A stretch of 64,000 nucleotides of DNA from an uncultured Thermoplasmatales archaeon. GTDB lineage: Archaea; Thermoplasmatota; E2; DHVEG-1. Each line of letters starts with the position of its first letter. The first letter of the stretch is position 1. The notes beneath the pieces are model-generated. The model did not search any database. It worked only from the letters and a program-made list of their open reading frames with translations, and was not told the DNA's origin. The position numbers and the translations under genes are program-made. The stretch spans positions 844 to 64,843 of the forward strand of contig CAZTMK010000012.1 of the NCBI GenBank assembly GCA_964615235.1, written 5' to 3'. This document shows positions 40,591 to 50,509 of this stretch, piece by piece.

Positions 40591-40989
40591 ATGCTTGTGA
40601 GGACCTTGGAGCAATATTTCAGTGAAAATGCAGGTAAGATATGGAAGGCACTTAACAAATATGGCGCTCTTTCCGAAAAAAAATTGATGAAGTTAACCAA
40701 ACTAAAACACCAGGATGTTTCTTCAGGCATTGGATGGCTTGCAAGGGAAGATAAAATATCTAAGGATAGCCAAGGATATTATCGATTAGGTGAGACTAAT
40801 CTTACCTCAAAAATAGGTAGTGATGCAGGTCGGATTTGGAAGATAATGGACATTTGGGGGGAAGTAAATTTCCCAACTATGAAACGTCTAGCTGAAATAG
40901 ATGAAATTGAAATATATGCTGCGTTAGGTTGGCTTGCTAGAGAAAACAAGGTGGATATTGACGAAAACCAGATGTTCAATCTTATATAA
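40591..40989 (+). CDS. Tandem winged-helix protein (DUF2582-like x2)
   Basis: Two repeats of AG.IW......GWLARE.K. Confidence 0.85.
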   Translation: MLVRTLEQYFSENAGKIWKALNKYGALSEKKLMKLTKLKHQDVSSGIGWLAREDKISKDSQGYYRLGETNLTSKIGSDAGRIWKIMDIWGEVNFPTMKRLAEIDEIEIYAALGWLARENKVDIDENQMFNLI

Positions 40990-41115
40990 TTCCGTTTCAT
41001 TTAAAAACTAGATAATCATAACAAATCAGGCGATGAAGAGGGAAAGATGGGTTCTATTTGTGGGGGACCCAAAGGGCTACACAGATTGCCAAATGTTGAT
41101 TAGAGGAAGGTAAAT

Positions 41116-42228
41116 ATGAAAATTGCAATGATTGGTTGGGAATACCCCCCATTTAAGGCGGGGGGATTAGCAACTCATTGCTATGGTCTAACTCGTAGCC
41201 TTGCTGATAAAAATATCAAAGTTGATTTTTATATGCCCAAGACTAGGCACAGGGCAACAACAGATAAATCTAATTTAAAAATAATTGAGGTTGGAGAAAC
41301 GGAAATATTCCCGTACGACCGACCCGATGATAAAGAACTTGGTGGCAATTTTTTCGATGCGGTTTACCGATACAACAATCTTATAGTTAGTAGAGTAGCG
41401 GGTAAATATGACGTTGTTCATTGTCATGATTGGCTGACCATGAAAGCTGGAATTGCATTGAAGCAAAAACTTGGCGTACCACTTATCTTAAGCATTCATT
41501 CCACCGAATACGATCGATCTGGATGGGTGTATCCTAACGACTGGTTTATTAATATTGAACGTGAGGGTATGCAACATGCCGATAGGGTAATTGCTGTAAG
41601 TCATTTTACTAAACGCATTATTGTAGAAAAATATGGAATTGATCCTAATAAGATACGAGTTGTACATAACGCCGTATATCCACTTGGAGAGGGGGAAAAA
41701 AGAAATTTGGTACTTTTCCTGGGTAGATTAACTATTCAGAAGGGGCCTGAGTTTTTCCTGAGAGCTGCAAGAAAAGTACTCGATTTTGAGGATACAAAAT
41801 TTGTCGTGGCCGGAATGGGAGACATGTTTCCTAAGCTAATTGATGAAGCAGTAAACCTTGGCATCTCGAATAATGTAATTTTTACCGGATTGCTTACAGA
41901 AGAGGAGGTAAAGCACATTTATAAAATAGCAAGTGTCTATGTTATGCCTTCTGTAAGTGAGCCTTTTGGAATTACTGCTTTGGAAGCGATTTCTGCAGGT
42001 ACTCCTACTATTGTATCAAAATCGGCGGGGGTAGCCGAGACTTTTTCCAACTGTTTACGTGTCGATTTTTGGGACACAGATGAAATGGCAAACAAGATAA
42101 TCTCTCTTTTGAGATATCCTCCCTTGCACACCACTCTTTCAAACCAAGGAAAACAGGAAATCGACTTGTTTACATGGGATCGCGTTGCAGATAAAACCAT
42201 TGATGTTTATAAAGAGGTAGTTAGTTAA
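41116..42228 (+). CDS. GT4 glycosyltransferase (glycogen synthase-like)
   Basis: WEYPP...GGL, HCHDW, HSTEYDR, SEPFGITALEA; operon context. Confidence 0.9.
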   Translation: MKIAMIGWEYPPFKAGGLATHCYGLTRSLADKNIKVDFYMPKTRHRATTDKSNLKIIEVGETEIFPYDRPDDKELGGNFFDAVYRYNNLIVSRVAGKYDVVHCHDWLTMKAGIALKQKLGVPLILSIHSTEYDRSGWVYPNDWFINIEREGMQHADRVIAVSHFTKRIIVEKYGIDPNKIRVVHNAVYPLGEGEKRNLVLFLGRLTIQKGPEFFLRAARKVLDFEDTKFVVAGMGDMFPKLIDEAVNLGISNNVIFTGLLTEEEVKHIYKIASVYVMPSVSEPFGITALEAISAGTPTIVSKSAGVAETFSNCLRVDFWDTDEMANKIISLLRYPPLHTTLSNQGKQEIDLFTWDRVADKTIDVYKEVVS

Positions 42229-42229
42229 T

Positions 42230-43408
42230 ATGCCATCAGTGTGTATGTATTTTGAGGTTCATCAGCCCGTAAGGTTGAACAAATTTACAGTATTTAAGAT
42301 AGGTTCAAATAAGGATGATAAGAATTATTTCAACATGGAACTAAACAAGAAAATTTTTGAAAAAGTGGCAAATAAGTGTTACCTTCCCACAAATAATTTA
42401 TTAATCGATTTGATTAAGGAGTTTAATGGTAAATTCAAAGTATCTTTTAGTTTAACTGGTACTTTCGTTGAATATTGTGAAAATTTTGCGCCCGAAGTTA
42501 TCGATAGCTTTAAAGAACTATTTGCTACCGGTTCGGTAGATTTTATGGAGGAGACGTACTTTCACTCTCTTTCAGGTCTATATGATGAACTCGATGAGTT
42601 TGAAGATCAGATTAAGATGCATCGTAAAATAATGAAACGGTTGTTCAATTACAAACCAACTGTTTTTAGAAATACAGAGGCAATTTATGACAATAGAATT
42701 GCAAAGAAAGTTGCAGATATGGGGTACAAAGGAATAATTACCGAAGGAACGGAGAAAATTCTTGGATGGAGATCTCCAAACTTTTTGTATAAACCAACTA
42801 ATTGCGACCTAAAAGTATTGTTAAGAAATTACACCTTAAGCGATGATGTCGGATTTCGTTTTTCTGCACGTCAATGGGTAGCCTATCCTTTAACTGCGGA
42901 TAAATATGCAGCTTGGATGGCTAACTGTCAAGGAGACTTGATAAATCTATTTATGGATTATGAAACGTTTGGCGAGCATCATTGGACAGAAACAGGTATT
43001 TTTGATTTCTTGAGTCATTTTCCTGGTGAAGTTTTTAAACATGGTCATTTGGATTTTGTAACAGTTAGTGAGGCAATTCAAAGATATCAAACGGTAGGAG
43101 AAATTGATGTTCCATGGGCGATCTCCTGGGCTGACGCAGATAGAGATGTGTCCACTTGGTTAGGAAATGATATGCAAATTGCCTGTTTCAATGAACTAAA
43201 AAATATAGGAAAAAAATTAAGAGATGATGGAAACAAAGAACTCTTGCATATTTGGCGAAAATTACAAACCTCTGATCACTTGTATTATGTATCTACAAAA
43301 GGTCTTGAGGATGGCGATGTTCATGCGTACTTCAGTCATTACGATGGTCCATATGAAGGCTTTATTAATTATATGAATATCCTTCAAGATTTTAAGCAGA
43401 AGATTTAA
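42230..43408 (+). CDS. GH57 alpha-amylase-like protein
   Basis: FEVHQP, ETYFHSL, FRNTE, FMDYETFGEH, SWAD. Confidence 0.93.
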   Translation: MPSVCMYFEVHQPVRLNKFTVFKIGSNKDDKNYFNMELNKKIFEKVANKCYLPTNNLLIDLIKEFNGKFKVSFSLTGTFVEYCENFAPEVIDSFKELFATGSVDFMEETYFHSLSGLYDELDEFEDQIKMHRKIMKRLFNYKPTVFRNTEAIYDNRIAKKVADMGYKGIITEGTEKILGWRSPNFLYKPTNCDLKVLLRNYTLSDDVGFRFSARQWVAYPLTADKYAAWMANCQGDLINLFMDYETFGEHHWTETGIFDFLSHFPGEVFKHGHLDFVTVSEAIQRYQTVGEIDVPWAISWADADRDVSTWLGNDMQIACFNELKNIGKKLRDDGNKELLHIWRKLQTSDHLYYVSTKGLEDGDVHAYFSHYDGPYEGFINYMNILQDFKQKI

Positions 43409-43511
43409 TTATATACTTTAAAGGAATCTGGTCTTCACATAGGAGGGGAAGGGCAATAATCTTTGTGTGTTCATTGGGCAAATTGTCTTCAAAATAAGAT
43501 AATGAAAAATC

Positions 43512-45386
43512 GTGATAAGTATGAGAGAGTGGATAGTAACAAATGGTCTTGGGGCCTATGCTTCGCTAACCCGCAGTCAAAAAAATACTAGTAAATTCCA
43601 TGGACTTCTTGTTGCCAGTCTTCGACCTCCAAGTGAAAGATGGGTTTTTGTTTCAAATGTTTATGACAGGGTCCAAGTTGACGGGCACTCATATGATTTA
43701 AACAATATGCAAAGTAAATTTGTATTCAATGTTTTTCCAAGTTTTGTTTTTAATTTTGACGATATTTCTGTTAGAAAAACAATTTTTATGCCATATGGGA
43801 AAAATACAACTATAATAAAATTCGAGGTTTCGACCAAAAAGCCGATTTCCATTTTTCATAGACCTATTATTAATTCTAGGCATTTTTACGAACTAAGCTC
43901 CCCAGGTTCGGTTTCTTTTGATCAAAATTTGTTTGAACACGGTGTGTTCGTTCGACCTAGCAATATTGGCAAAACTCTAAAAATCATGCTAAAGGATTCA
44001 AAATATAATTCCGATGGATATTGGAGAAAATATTACTATAAAAAAGATCATGAGAGGCAAGATTCATATTTGGACAATAATTTTTATCTAGGTGAATTTT
44101 GCAAAAACATATCAAGTCCTGAAGAGTATTTTTTCGTAATCTCCATCGAAGATATTGTTGATGCGGATCTTTCTTACATGTACAGTAGAGAGGTATTAAG
44201 GAAAAAAACAATTTTTGAAAAATCAGAAATTCCACATAAATACGAAAAACTGGTATTATCAACTGACAACTTTGTTGTAAAAAAAGATGAAAACCAATCA
44301 ATAATTGCTGGCTATCATTGGTTTGGAGAATGGGGAAGAGACACTTTGATTTCACTTCCTGGAACCACTCTGGTAACAAAACGTTATCAGGATGCAAAAA
44401 ATATTCTCAAATGCTTTGGAAGATACATAAGAAAGGGTTTGATACCAAATGTTTTTTCTGATAAAGACTCCATCGCATCTTATAACACGGTTGATTCTTC
44501 ACTATGGTTTATAGATAGGGTCTATCAGTATCTAAAATATACAGATGATGTTAATTTTCTAAGCGAAATCTGGGAGAAACTCTCTTTGATTATTGATAAT
44601 TACAAGAAGGGAACAGATTATTTCATTAAAATGGATGAAGACTATTTAATACGTCATGGGCCTGGACTCACATGGATGGATGTAAAAATTGGTGACTATT
44701 ATCCAACTCCTCGTGCTAATAAGGCAGTTGAAATTCAAGCTCTTTGGTATAATGCACTTAGAATTATGAGTAATTTTGCAAATATTATTGGAAAGGATGA
44801 TGATTATTATGATCTTTCAAACCAAACAAAAGAAAGCTTTAACATACAATATGATCAACTTTATGATGTTATTGACACAAAAGATCAGACAATAAGACCC
44901 AACCAGATATTTCTTGTTTCCTTGGATTATTCGATGATTGATCAATCAATAAAAGAAAATATAATAAATAATATTGAATTAAAGCTAATTACCCCGTTCG
45001 GCCTGAGAACTTTAAATCCAGAACATCCAGATTATAAGGGAAATTATATTGGAATTCATAATAGAGATCTTGCTTATCATAATGGTACTGCATGGCCATG
45101 GTTGCTCGGTCCGTTTGTTCATTCATTTATCAAATTAAAAAATTATGAAGAATATTGGCGTACATACGCATATGAACACTTCTTAAAAACAATGTTTGAT
45201 GCATATGGTGATCAATGGGACGGCTCTATTCACGAAATTTTTGATGGTTCTCCGCCTTATGTTCCAAGAGGATGTATAACCCAGGCTTGGAGCGTGGCTG
45301 AAATACTTCGATGCTTGGTGGAAGATATTGAAAATATTCGTCCACCTTTTGAAAAGATGGTACTTTCATCTAAAATACGCGCTTAG
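43512..45386 (+). CDS. Glycogen debranching enzyme / amylo-alpha-1,6-glucosidase (GH133-like)
   Basis: EWIVTNGLG, AGYHWFGEWGRDT, LTWMD, YHNGTAWPW, QAWSVAE. Confidence 0.93.
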   Translation: MISMREWIVTNGLGAYASLTRSQKNTSKFHGLLVASLRPPSERWVFVSNVYDRVQVDGHSYDLNNMQSKFVFNVFPSFVFNFDDISVRKTIFMPYGKNTTIIKFEVSTKKPISIFHRPIINSRHFYELSSPGSVSFDQNLFEHGVFVRPSNIGKTLKIMLKDSKYNSDGYWRKYYYKKDHERQDSYLDNNFYLGEFCKNISSPEEYFFVISIEDIVDADLSYMYSREVLRKKTIFEKSEIPHKYEKLVLSTDNFVVKKDENQSIIAGYHWFGEWGRDTLISLPGTTLVTKRYQDAKNILKCFGRYIRKGLIPNVFSDKDSIASYNTVDSSLWFIDRVYQYLKYTDDVNFLSEIWEKLSLIIDNYKKGTDYFIKMDEDYLIRHGPGLTWMDVKIGDYYPTPRANKAVEIQALWYNALRIMSNFANIIGKDDDYYDLSNQTKESFNIQYDQLYDVIDTKDQTIRPNQIFLVSLDYSMIDQSIKENIINNIELKLITPFGLRTLNPEHPDYKGNYIGIHNRDLAYHNGTAWPWLLGPFVHSFIKLKNYEEYWRTYAYEHFLKTMFDAYGDQWDGSIHEIFDGSPPYVPRGCITQAWSVAEILRCLVEDIENIRPPFEKMVLSSKIRA

Positions 45387-47108
45387 GACGTATTGCTGAA
45401 TCATTCTATCTGTATTGAAAAAGGATGCATTTATTGCAATACAGCTTCTCATTGTACGAATCCAGTTATCTCTATCGTTATAAAATTTCGGGATTATGAT
45501 ATTTTCAAGTTTTTTATATAAATCGTTTCTGTCATCATCGTCAACAGAATCTTTCTCATTTGATTTTCTTGAGCCAATAGCCCATCCAGTTATATTTTCG
45601 ATTCTGCCTTCAATCCACCATCCGTCAAGTGTGCTAAACTGAGGTACCCCGTTATGGGCTGCTTTCATTCCTGAAGTTCCAGAGGCCTCCATAGGTCTAC
45701 GAGGGGTATTCAACCATAGATCAACACCAGAGGTCATTAGTTTCCCAATTTGCATATCGTAATTGTTAATAAATGCAATTTTAATGTTTTCATTATTTAA
45801 TTCCTTCATAATTTTATATATTTTTTTTATTGTTTCCTTACCAGAATTGTCTTTCGGATGTGCTTTCCCAGCGTATATCAATTGAAGTTTTCCCTTGCTA
45901 GCTGCTATTTTCATAAGTCTTTCTGGGTCAGATATGAGTAAATCGGGTCTTTTGTATTCTGTTTGTCTTCTTGCAAATCCGATCGTGAAATCATCATAGT
46001 TCATACCACGGTTATATCTGTGATTCACGAAGTCTATTAACTTCTTTTTTGCCTCCATGTGAGCATTCCAAATCTCATTTTTATCGATACTAAAGGCACC
46101 CCGAAGTATCATTGGATCAGATCTCCATCCTGGCATATACTTGTCAAATAATTTCTGAAACGGGTCAGATACCCAAGTTCTACTATGTACCCCATTTGTT
46201 ATCGAATCAATGGTATAACCGGGAAACATCATTCTTGATACCTCCCCATGTTTTTTTGCAACTCCATTTACATAGTGGCTGAAATAAAGGGCCAATCTTG
46301 TCATATTAAGCTTGTCTTCAAATGTAACTTCGTTTAATATGAATTCAGGTAGTAATTCACCAAGCATTGATTTTGCAATAGGGACGTCAAATTGATCATG
46401 TCCAGCGGCAACTGGAGTGTGAGTAGTAAATACACATTGGTCTCTAACCTGTTCAACATCTTGAAAACGTCTATAAAGCTCCAGTGTTCCCAATGCTGCA
46501 TGCCCCTCATTCATATGATACTTATCGATGGTATTGTATGCGAGTTCCTCAAGCATTCGCACACCTCCAATGCCCAAAATAATTTCCTGAGCAAGACGGT
46601 ATTTATTATCACCACCGTAAAGATGCTTTGTTAATTCTCTATCCCAAGGAGTGTTTTCCTCGAGATTTGAATCCAGAAAAAAAACAGGAACTATGTAGTC
46701 ATTTAGCCCCTTGTAGGGATAATACCATGCACGAAGTTTTACCTCTCTATTTTCGATTTGAATCGTCGTAGTTGTTGGAAGGGATTTTAGAAAATCAGAT
46801 ACAACAAATTGGATGGGCAGCTCTATTTGATTCCCGTGTTCGTCAATTTTTTGATAAAAGTATCCATTTTCTGAAAGTAACGTTACACCAACTACTGGCA
46901 CATTCAGATCTGCACAAGATTTAATTGTATCTCCTGCCAAAATGCCAAGACCACCACTGTAAGTTGGTATGTGTTCATCTATACCAATTTCCATTGAGAA
47001 ATAAGCTATTTTTGGCTTACCTGTAAGATCTGAATTACTAGTATTATTATCCATACTTACCTGTACTGCTTGTTCATCCATCTTGTTTCCCATCCTGATT
47101 TGGAGCAT
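45366..47108 (-). CDS. glgP: Alpha-glucan (glycogen) phosphorylase
   Basis: YFSMEIG, YSGGLGILAGD, HMNEGH, EASGTSGMK; true start may be a few codons downstream. Confidence 0.95.
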   Translation of the reverse strand: MLQIRMGNKMDEQAVQVSMDNNTSNSDLTGKPKIAYFSMEIGIDEHIPTYSGGLGILAGDTIKSCADLNVPVVGVTLLSENGYFYQKIDEHGNQIELPIQFVVSDFLKSLPTTTTIQIENREVKLRAWYYPYKGLNDYIVPVFFLDSNLEENTPWDRELTKHLYGGDNKYRLAQEIILGIGGVRMLEELAYNTIDKYHMNEGHAALGTLELYRRFQDVEQVRDQCVFTTHTPVAAGHDQFDVPIAKSMLGELLPEFILNEVTFEDKLNMTRLALYFSHYVNGVAKKHGEVSRMMFPGYTIDSITNGVHSRTWVSDPFQKLFDKYMPGWRSDPMILRGAFSIDKNEIWNAHMEAKKKLIDFVNHRYNRGMNYDDFTIGFARRQTEYKRPDLLISDPERLMKIAASKGKLQLIYAGKAHPKDNSGKETIKKIYKIMKELNNENIKIAFINNYDMQIGKLMTSGVDLWLNTPRRPMEASGTSGMKAAHNGVPQFSTLDGWWIEGRIENITGWAIGSRKSNEKDSVDDDDRNDLYKKLENIIIPKFYNDRDNWIRTMRSCIAINASFFNTDRMIQQYVLSAYFR

Positions 47109-47172
47109 CTATATGACTTATTGGTATTTTAAGATATTCCGTTTAATCTAAGCAAGGGATGGATTTATTAAC

Positions 47173-47460
47173 TTGTCATTATATTCAGCTTCATATACAA
47201 TAGTGATGTGGTGGTGTATTACGACTGAAAAAATATGTGGAAAGTGTAATAGAAAGTTTGACCTGAATGATCATCCTTCAGGATTGGTTTTTAATAATCA
47301 TCATTTTTTATGTGAAGATTGTACACATGATTTATCTGATGATAACTTGATTAATTGGACAAGAACAGTAATGCAATTTCCTTCATCCGGAATGCCAATC
47401 GCGCTTTGGCTTATCCATGAACAAAATAAAGACAAAACTATTATGTCTAAATTAAGATAA
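47173..47460 (+). CDS. Small Zn-finger protein
   Basis: CGKC...LCEDC; start uncertain, likely nearer 47206-47218. Confidence 0.6.
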   Translation: MSLYSASYTIVMWWCITTEKICGKCNRKFDLNDHPSGLVFNNHHFLCEDCTHDLSDDNLINWTRTVMQFPSSGMPIALWLIHEQNKDKTIMSKLR

Positions 47461-47711
47461 AGCAAACAACCCTGCTTAATTTCAATCATTTTGCAAAAGC
47501 ACATTTTGACTGTTTGTCCAAGAGAAATATCCAAAATTTAATTTGTTAAATGAATCGAGTGGATTAGTATATTTAAAACCCCTAATGACGTTTTCTTTCC
47601 CAACCGAGGAAAACCAAAGCCATTTATTGTCTGGAGGGGATTTTAATAATTATGAATAGAACGTTCATATGTATTGAAAATACTTTTTAAACTATACTTT
47701 ATTGACGGTTT

Positions 47712-48488
47712 ATGATAATCTTAAAAATTGGAGGTAGTGTAATAACAAATAAAGCTCAAGAAAATACCTTCAAAAAAGGAATTATGGATCGGTTATCAAA
47801 GGAAATTAAAATATCTGGAAAAAAGATAATGATTGTTCATGGCGCAGGTTCCTTTGGTCACATCACCGCAAAAAAATACAGATTACAAAATGGGTTTCAA
47901 GATAATAAACAAATTAAAGGTTTTTCACTTACACACTTATCGGTTCAAAAATTAAATTCATTTGTTTTGGAATCACTTTATAATCATAATATTTCTGCTA
48001 TATCAATGCCCCCTCATTCAATCTTAAGACTTGATAATCATTTGCTTAAGATTTTTGAATTTGAGATTTTTAATAAGTACCTAGAAATCGGTTTTTGTCC
48101 CGTTACTTTTGGAGATGTTGTGTTAGATGATAAACTTGGTTTTTCGATTTGTTCAGGTGATTTATTGACTCTTGCATTAGCCCAACAATTTAGACCCGAA
48201 AAAGTGATTTTTGTTATTGATGAAGATGGGTTATATACAAAAAATCCAAAAATAAATTCTGACGCGGAGTTAATCAATAGCATCACAGCAAATGAATTAG
48301 AAAAACTAACAACAGATGCGGATTCTCATGATGATGTGACCAAGGGAATGAAGGGAAAAATTGATACGATTAAAAATATTTCTAAATGTGGAGTAGATAC
48401 AATTTTACTAAATGGTAATAAAGAAGATCGACTATGCAATGTGCTCATTGGTGGGGAAGATACATACACTATTGTCTATGGAGGATAA
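47712..48488 (+). CDS. ipk: Isopentenyl phosphate kinase
   Basis: LKIGGSVIT, VHGAGSFGH, SGD, DVTKGMKGK; context with fni. Confidence 0.92.
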   Translation: MIILKIGGSVITNKAQENTFKKGIMDRLSKEIKISGKKIMIVHGAGSFGHITAKKYRLQNGFQDNKQIKGFSLTHLSVQKLNSFVLESLYNHNISAISMPPHSILRLDNHLLKIFEFEIFNKYLEIGFCPVTFGDVVLDDKLGFSICSGDLLTLALAQQFRPEKVIFVIDEDGLYTKNPKINSDAELINSITANELEKLTTDADSHDDVTKGMKGKIDTIKNISKCGVDTILLNGNKEDRLCNVLIGGEDTYTIVYGG

Positions 48489-48490
48489 GC

Positions 48491-49531
48491 ATGAATCAGA
48501 CTGAAAATAGAAAAGATGAACATGTCAGAATATCCCTGGAAAAAAACGTCTCTTCACATTATAATTATTGGGATGATGTAAGACTCATACATAACGCTTT
48601 ACCTGAAATTAATAAAGACGAAATTGATCTTAGAATTAAACTCTATAAAAAAAATCTTGAGGCACCTTTGATAATTTCTGGGATGACGGGAGGATATAAA
48701 AAAGCTAAAGAAATTAATGAAACCCTTGCGGCTGCAGCAGAAAAATTTCAGTTGGGTATGGGAGTTGGTTCTCAAAGAGCAGCATTGGAAAATCCCGATC
48801 TTGCTTCAACATACAGCATTGTCAAAGATTTTGACATACCTCTCCGTTTTGCAAATATTGGAGCTTCACAGATAGTGCTTTGGGGGCATGATAAAACAAT
48901 TGATTATGCAAATAAAATGATTGAAATGATTGATGCCCATGCTTTTATGGTGTGTCTAAATTTTCTTCAGGAGGTAGTACAGTTTGAGGGGGAGGCCCAT
49001 GCAAAAGGATGCTTACAGGCGATATCAAATGTTTCAGAAGAGTTGGATGTTCCTGTGGTAGTTAAAGAATCTGGGGCTGGAATTTCTTATGATGTTGCTG
49101 CAAGGTTAGCAAAAATAGGTATATCCGGAATCGATGTTGGAGGAGCAGGTGGGACCTCATTTGCAGCAATTGAACATTATCGTGCGATTATGATCAATGA
49201 AAAACTCCATGAGAGGGGTGGAAAAACTTTCTGGGATTGGGGAATTCCTACACCTACCTCAATTATTGAAGTGGGAGAGGCAACCGATTGGAAACTTCCA
49301 ATTATTGCTACAGGTGGAATTAGACATGGATTAGATGCAGCAAAGGCAATTGCCCTAGGTGCAAATTGCGCTGGAATGGCACATGCTCTCCTTTCACCAG
49401 CGAATAATGGTAAGGATGCAATCTTTTTTGAAATAAATGCAATTCTAAAAGAATTAAGAGCTGCAATGTTTCTTGTTGGTGCTGACACAGTGGAAAAAAT
49501 GACAGATATAGGGGCTGAGGCATGGATTTAG
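48491..49531 (+). CDS. fni: Type 2 isopentenyl-diphosphate delta-isomerase
   Basis: RKDEH, SGMTGG, GVGSQR, VKESG, GAGGTSF, WGIPT; ATG 48491 after GGAGG. Confidence 0.95.
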   Translation: MNQTENRKDEHVRISLEKNVSSHYNYWDDVRLIHNALPEINKDEIDLRIKLYKKNLEAPLIISGMTGGYKKAKEINETLAAAAEKFQLGMGVGSQRAALENPDLASTYSIVKDFDIPLRFANIGASQIVLWGHDKTIDYANKMIEMIDAHAFMVCLNFLQEVVQFEGEAHAKGCLQAISNVSEELDVPVVVKESGAGISYDVAARLAKIGISGIDVGGAGGTSFAAIEHYRAIMINEKLHERGGKTFWDWGIPTPTSIIEVGEATDWKLPIIATGGIRHGLDAAKAIALGANCAGMAHALLSPANNGKDAIFFEINAILKELRAAMFLVGADTVEKMTDIGAEAWI

Positions 49532-50505
49532 AACTGGAGCTATCAAAAAGAGCCGATTTGTTTAATAAAGAATTAGCAAAATTTTTAAAAAATGGAGAAC
49601 CAAAAACTCTTTATGATGCTGCCAGACATCTTCCATTGGCAGGGGGAAAAAGACTTAGGCCGTGTTTAGCAATGCTTACTTGCGAAACTCTAGGTGGGGA
49701 TGTTAAGAGGATGTTACCTATAGCAATTGCTCTTGAACTTGTGCATAATTTTACTCTTGTACATGACGACATAATGGACAAATCTACTCTTAGAAGAAAT
49801 CTTCCCACAGTACACATCAAATATGATGAACCCACTGCAATAATTGCTGGTGATCTTCTATTTGCCAAAGCTTTTGAGTCAATGCACAATTTAGTTGAAA
49901 TTCCAACAAATTTTAAAAGATTAAACTACGGTTTGCTAGAGTGTGTTCGGGAGATATGCGAAGGACAACAACTTGATATGGAATTTGAAAAGCGAAATAC
50001 CGTAACAGAGCAAGAATATATAGAAATGATTAGAAAAAAAACAGCGTTTTTTTTCCAATTTTCAGCTGAAAGTGGAGCGATTTTTGCTAATGCTTCCGAC
50101 AAAGAAATTGCTGCAATTGGAACTTATGGATTGTCGATTGGGTTAGCATTTCAGATACAAGATGACTACTTGGATATGAGTAGCGATGAAAAAACCCTTG
50201 GTAAAGACATCGGAAACGACATAAGAAATGGAAAAAAAACCCTTATTGCAGCGCGTTCACTTGGTACAGCCCGGGGAGAAGACAAAGAACTTTTAAAGCA
50301 GGTTTTTGGAAATCGAAATGCTACAGATAATGATATAAAAAAAGTTTATAATCTATTTTGGAAAAATAAATCCATTGATTACGCAAAACAAACTGCAGTT
50401 AATTATAGCCTAAAGGCGAAGGAATCGCTATCTATTTTTCCTCAAAGTCCAGCAAAACAAATTTTAATCGATTTGGCTGATTACACAATAGAAAGAGAGA
50501 AGTAA
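49522..50505 (+). CDS. Geranylgeranyl/polyprenyl diphosphate synthase
   Basis: GGKRLRP, HDDIMD, GQQLD, FQIQDDYLD. Confidence 0.95.
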   Translation: MDLELELSKRADLFNKELAKFLKNGEPKTLYDAARHLPLAGGKRLRPCLAMLTCETLGGDVKRMLPIAIALELVHNFTLVHDDIMDKSTLRRNLPTVHIKYDEPTAIIAGDLLFAKAFESMHNLVEIPTNFKRLNYGLLECVREICEGQQLDMEFEKRNTVTEQEYIEMIRKKTAFFFQFSAESGAIFANASDKEIAAIGTYGLSIGLAFQIQDDYLDMSSDEKTLGKDIGNDIRNGKKTLIAARSLGTARGEDKELLKQVFGNRNATDNDIKKVYNLFWKNKSIDYAKQTAVNYSLKAKESLSIFPQSPAKQILIDLADYTIEREK

Positions 50506-50509
50506 ACCT

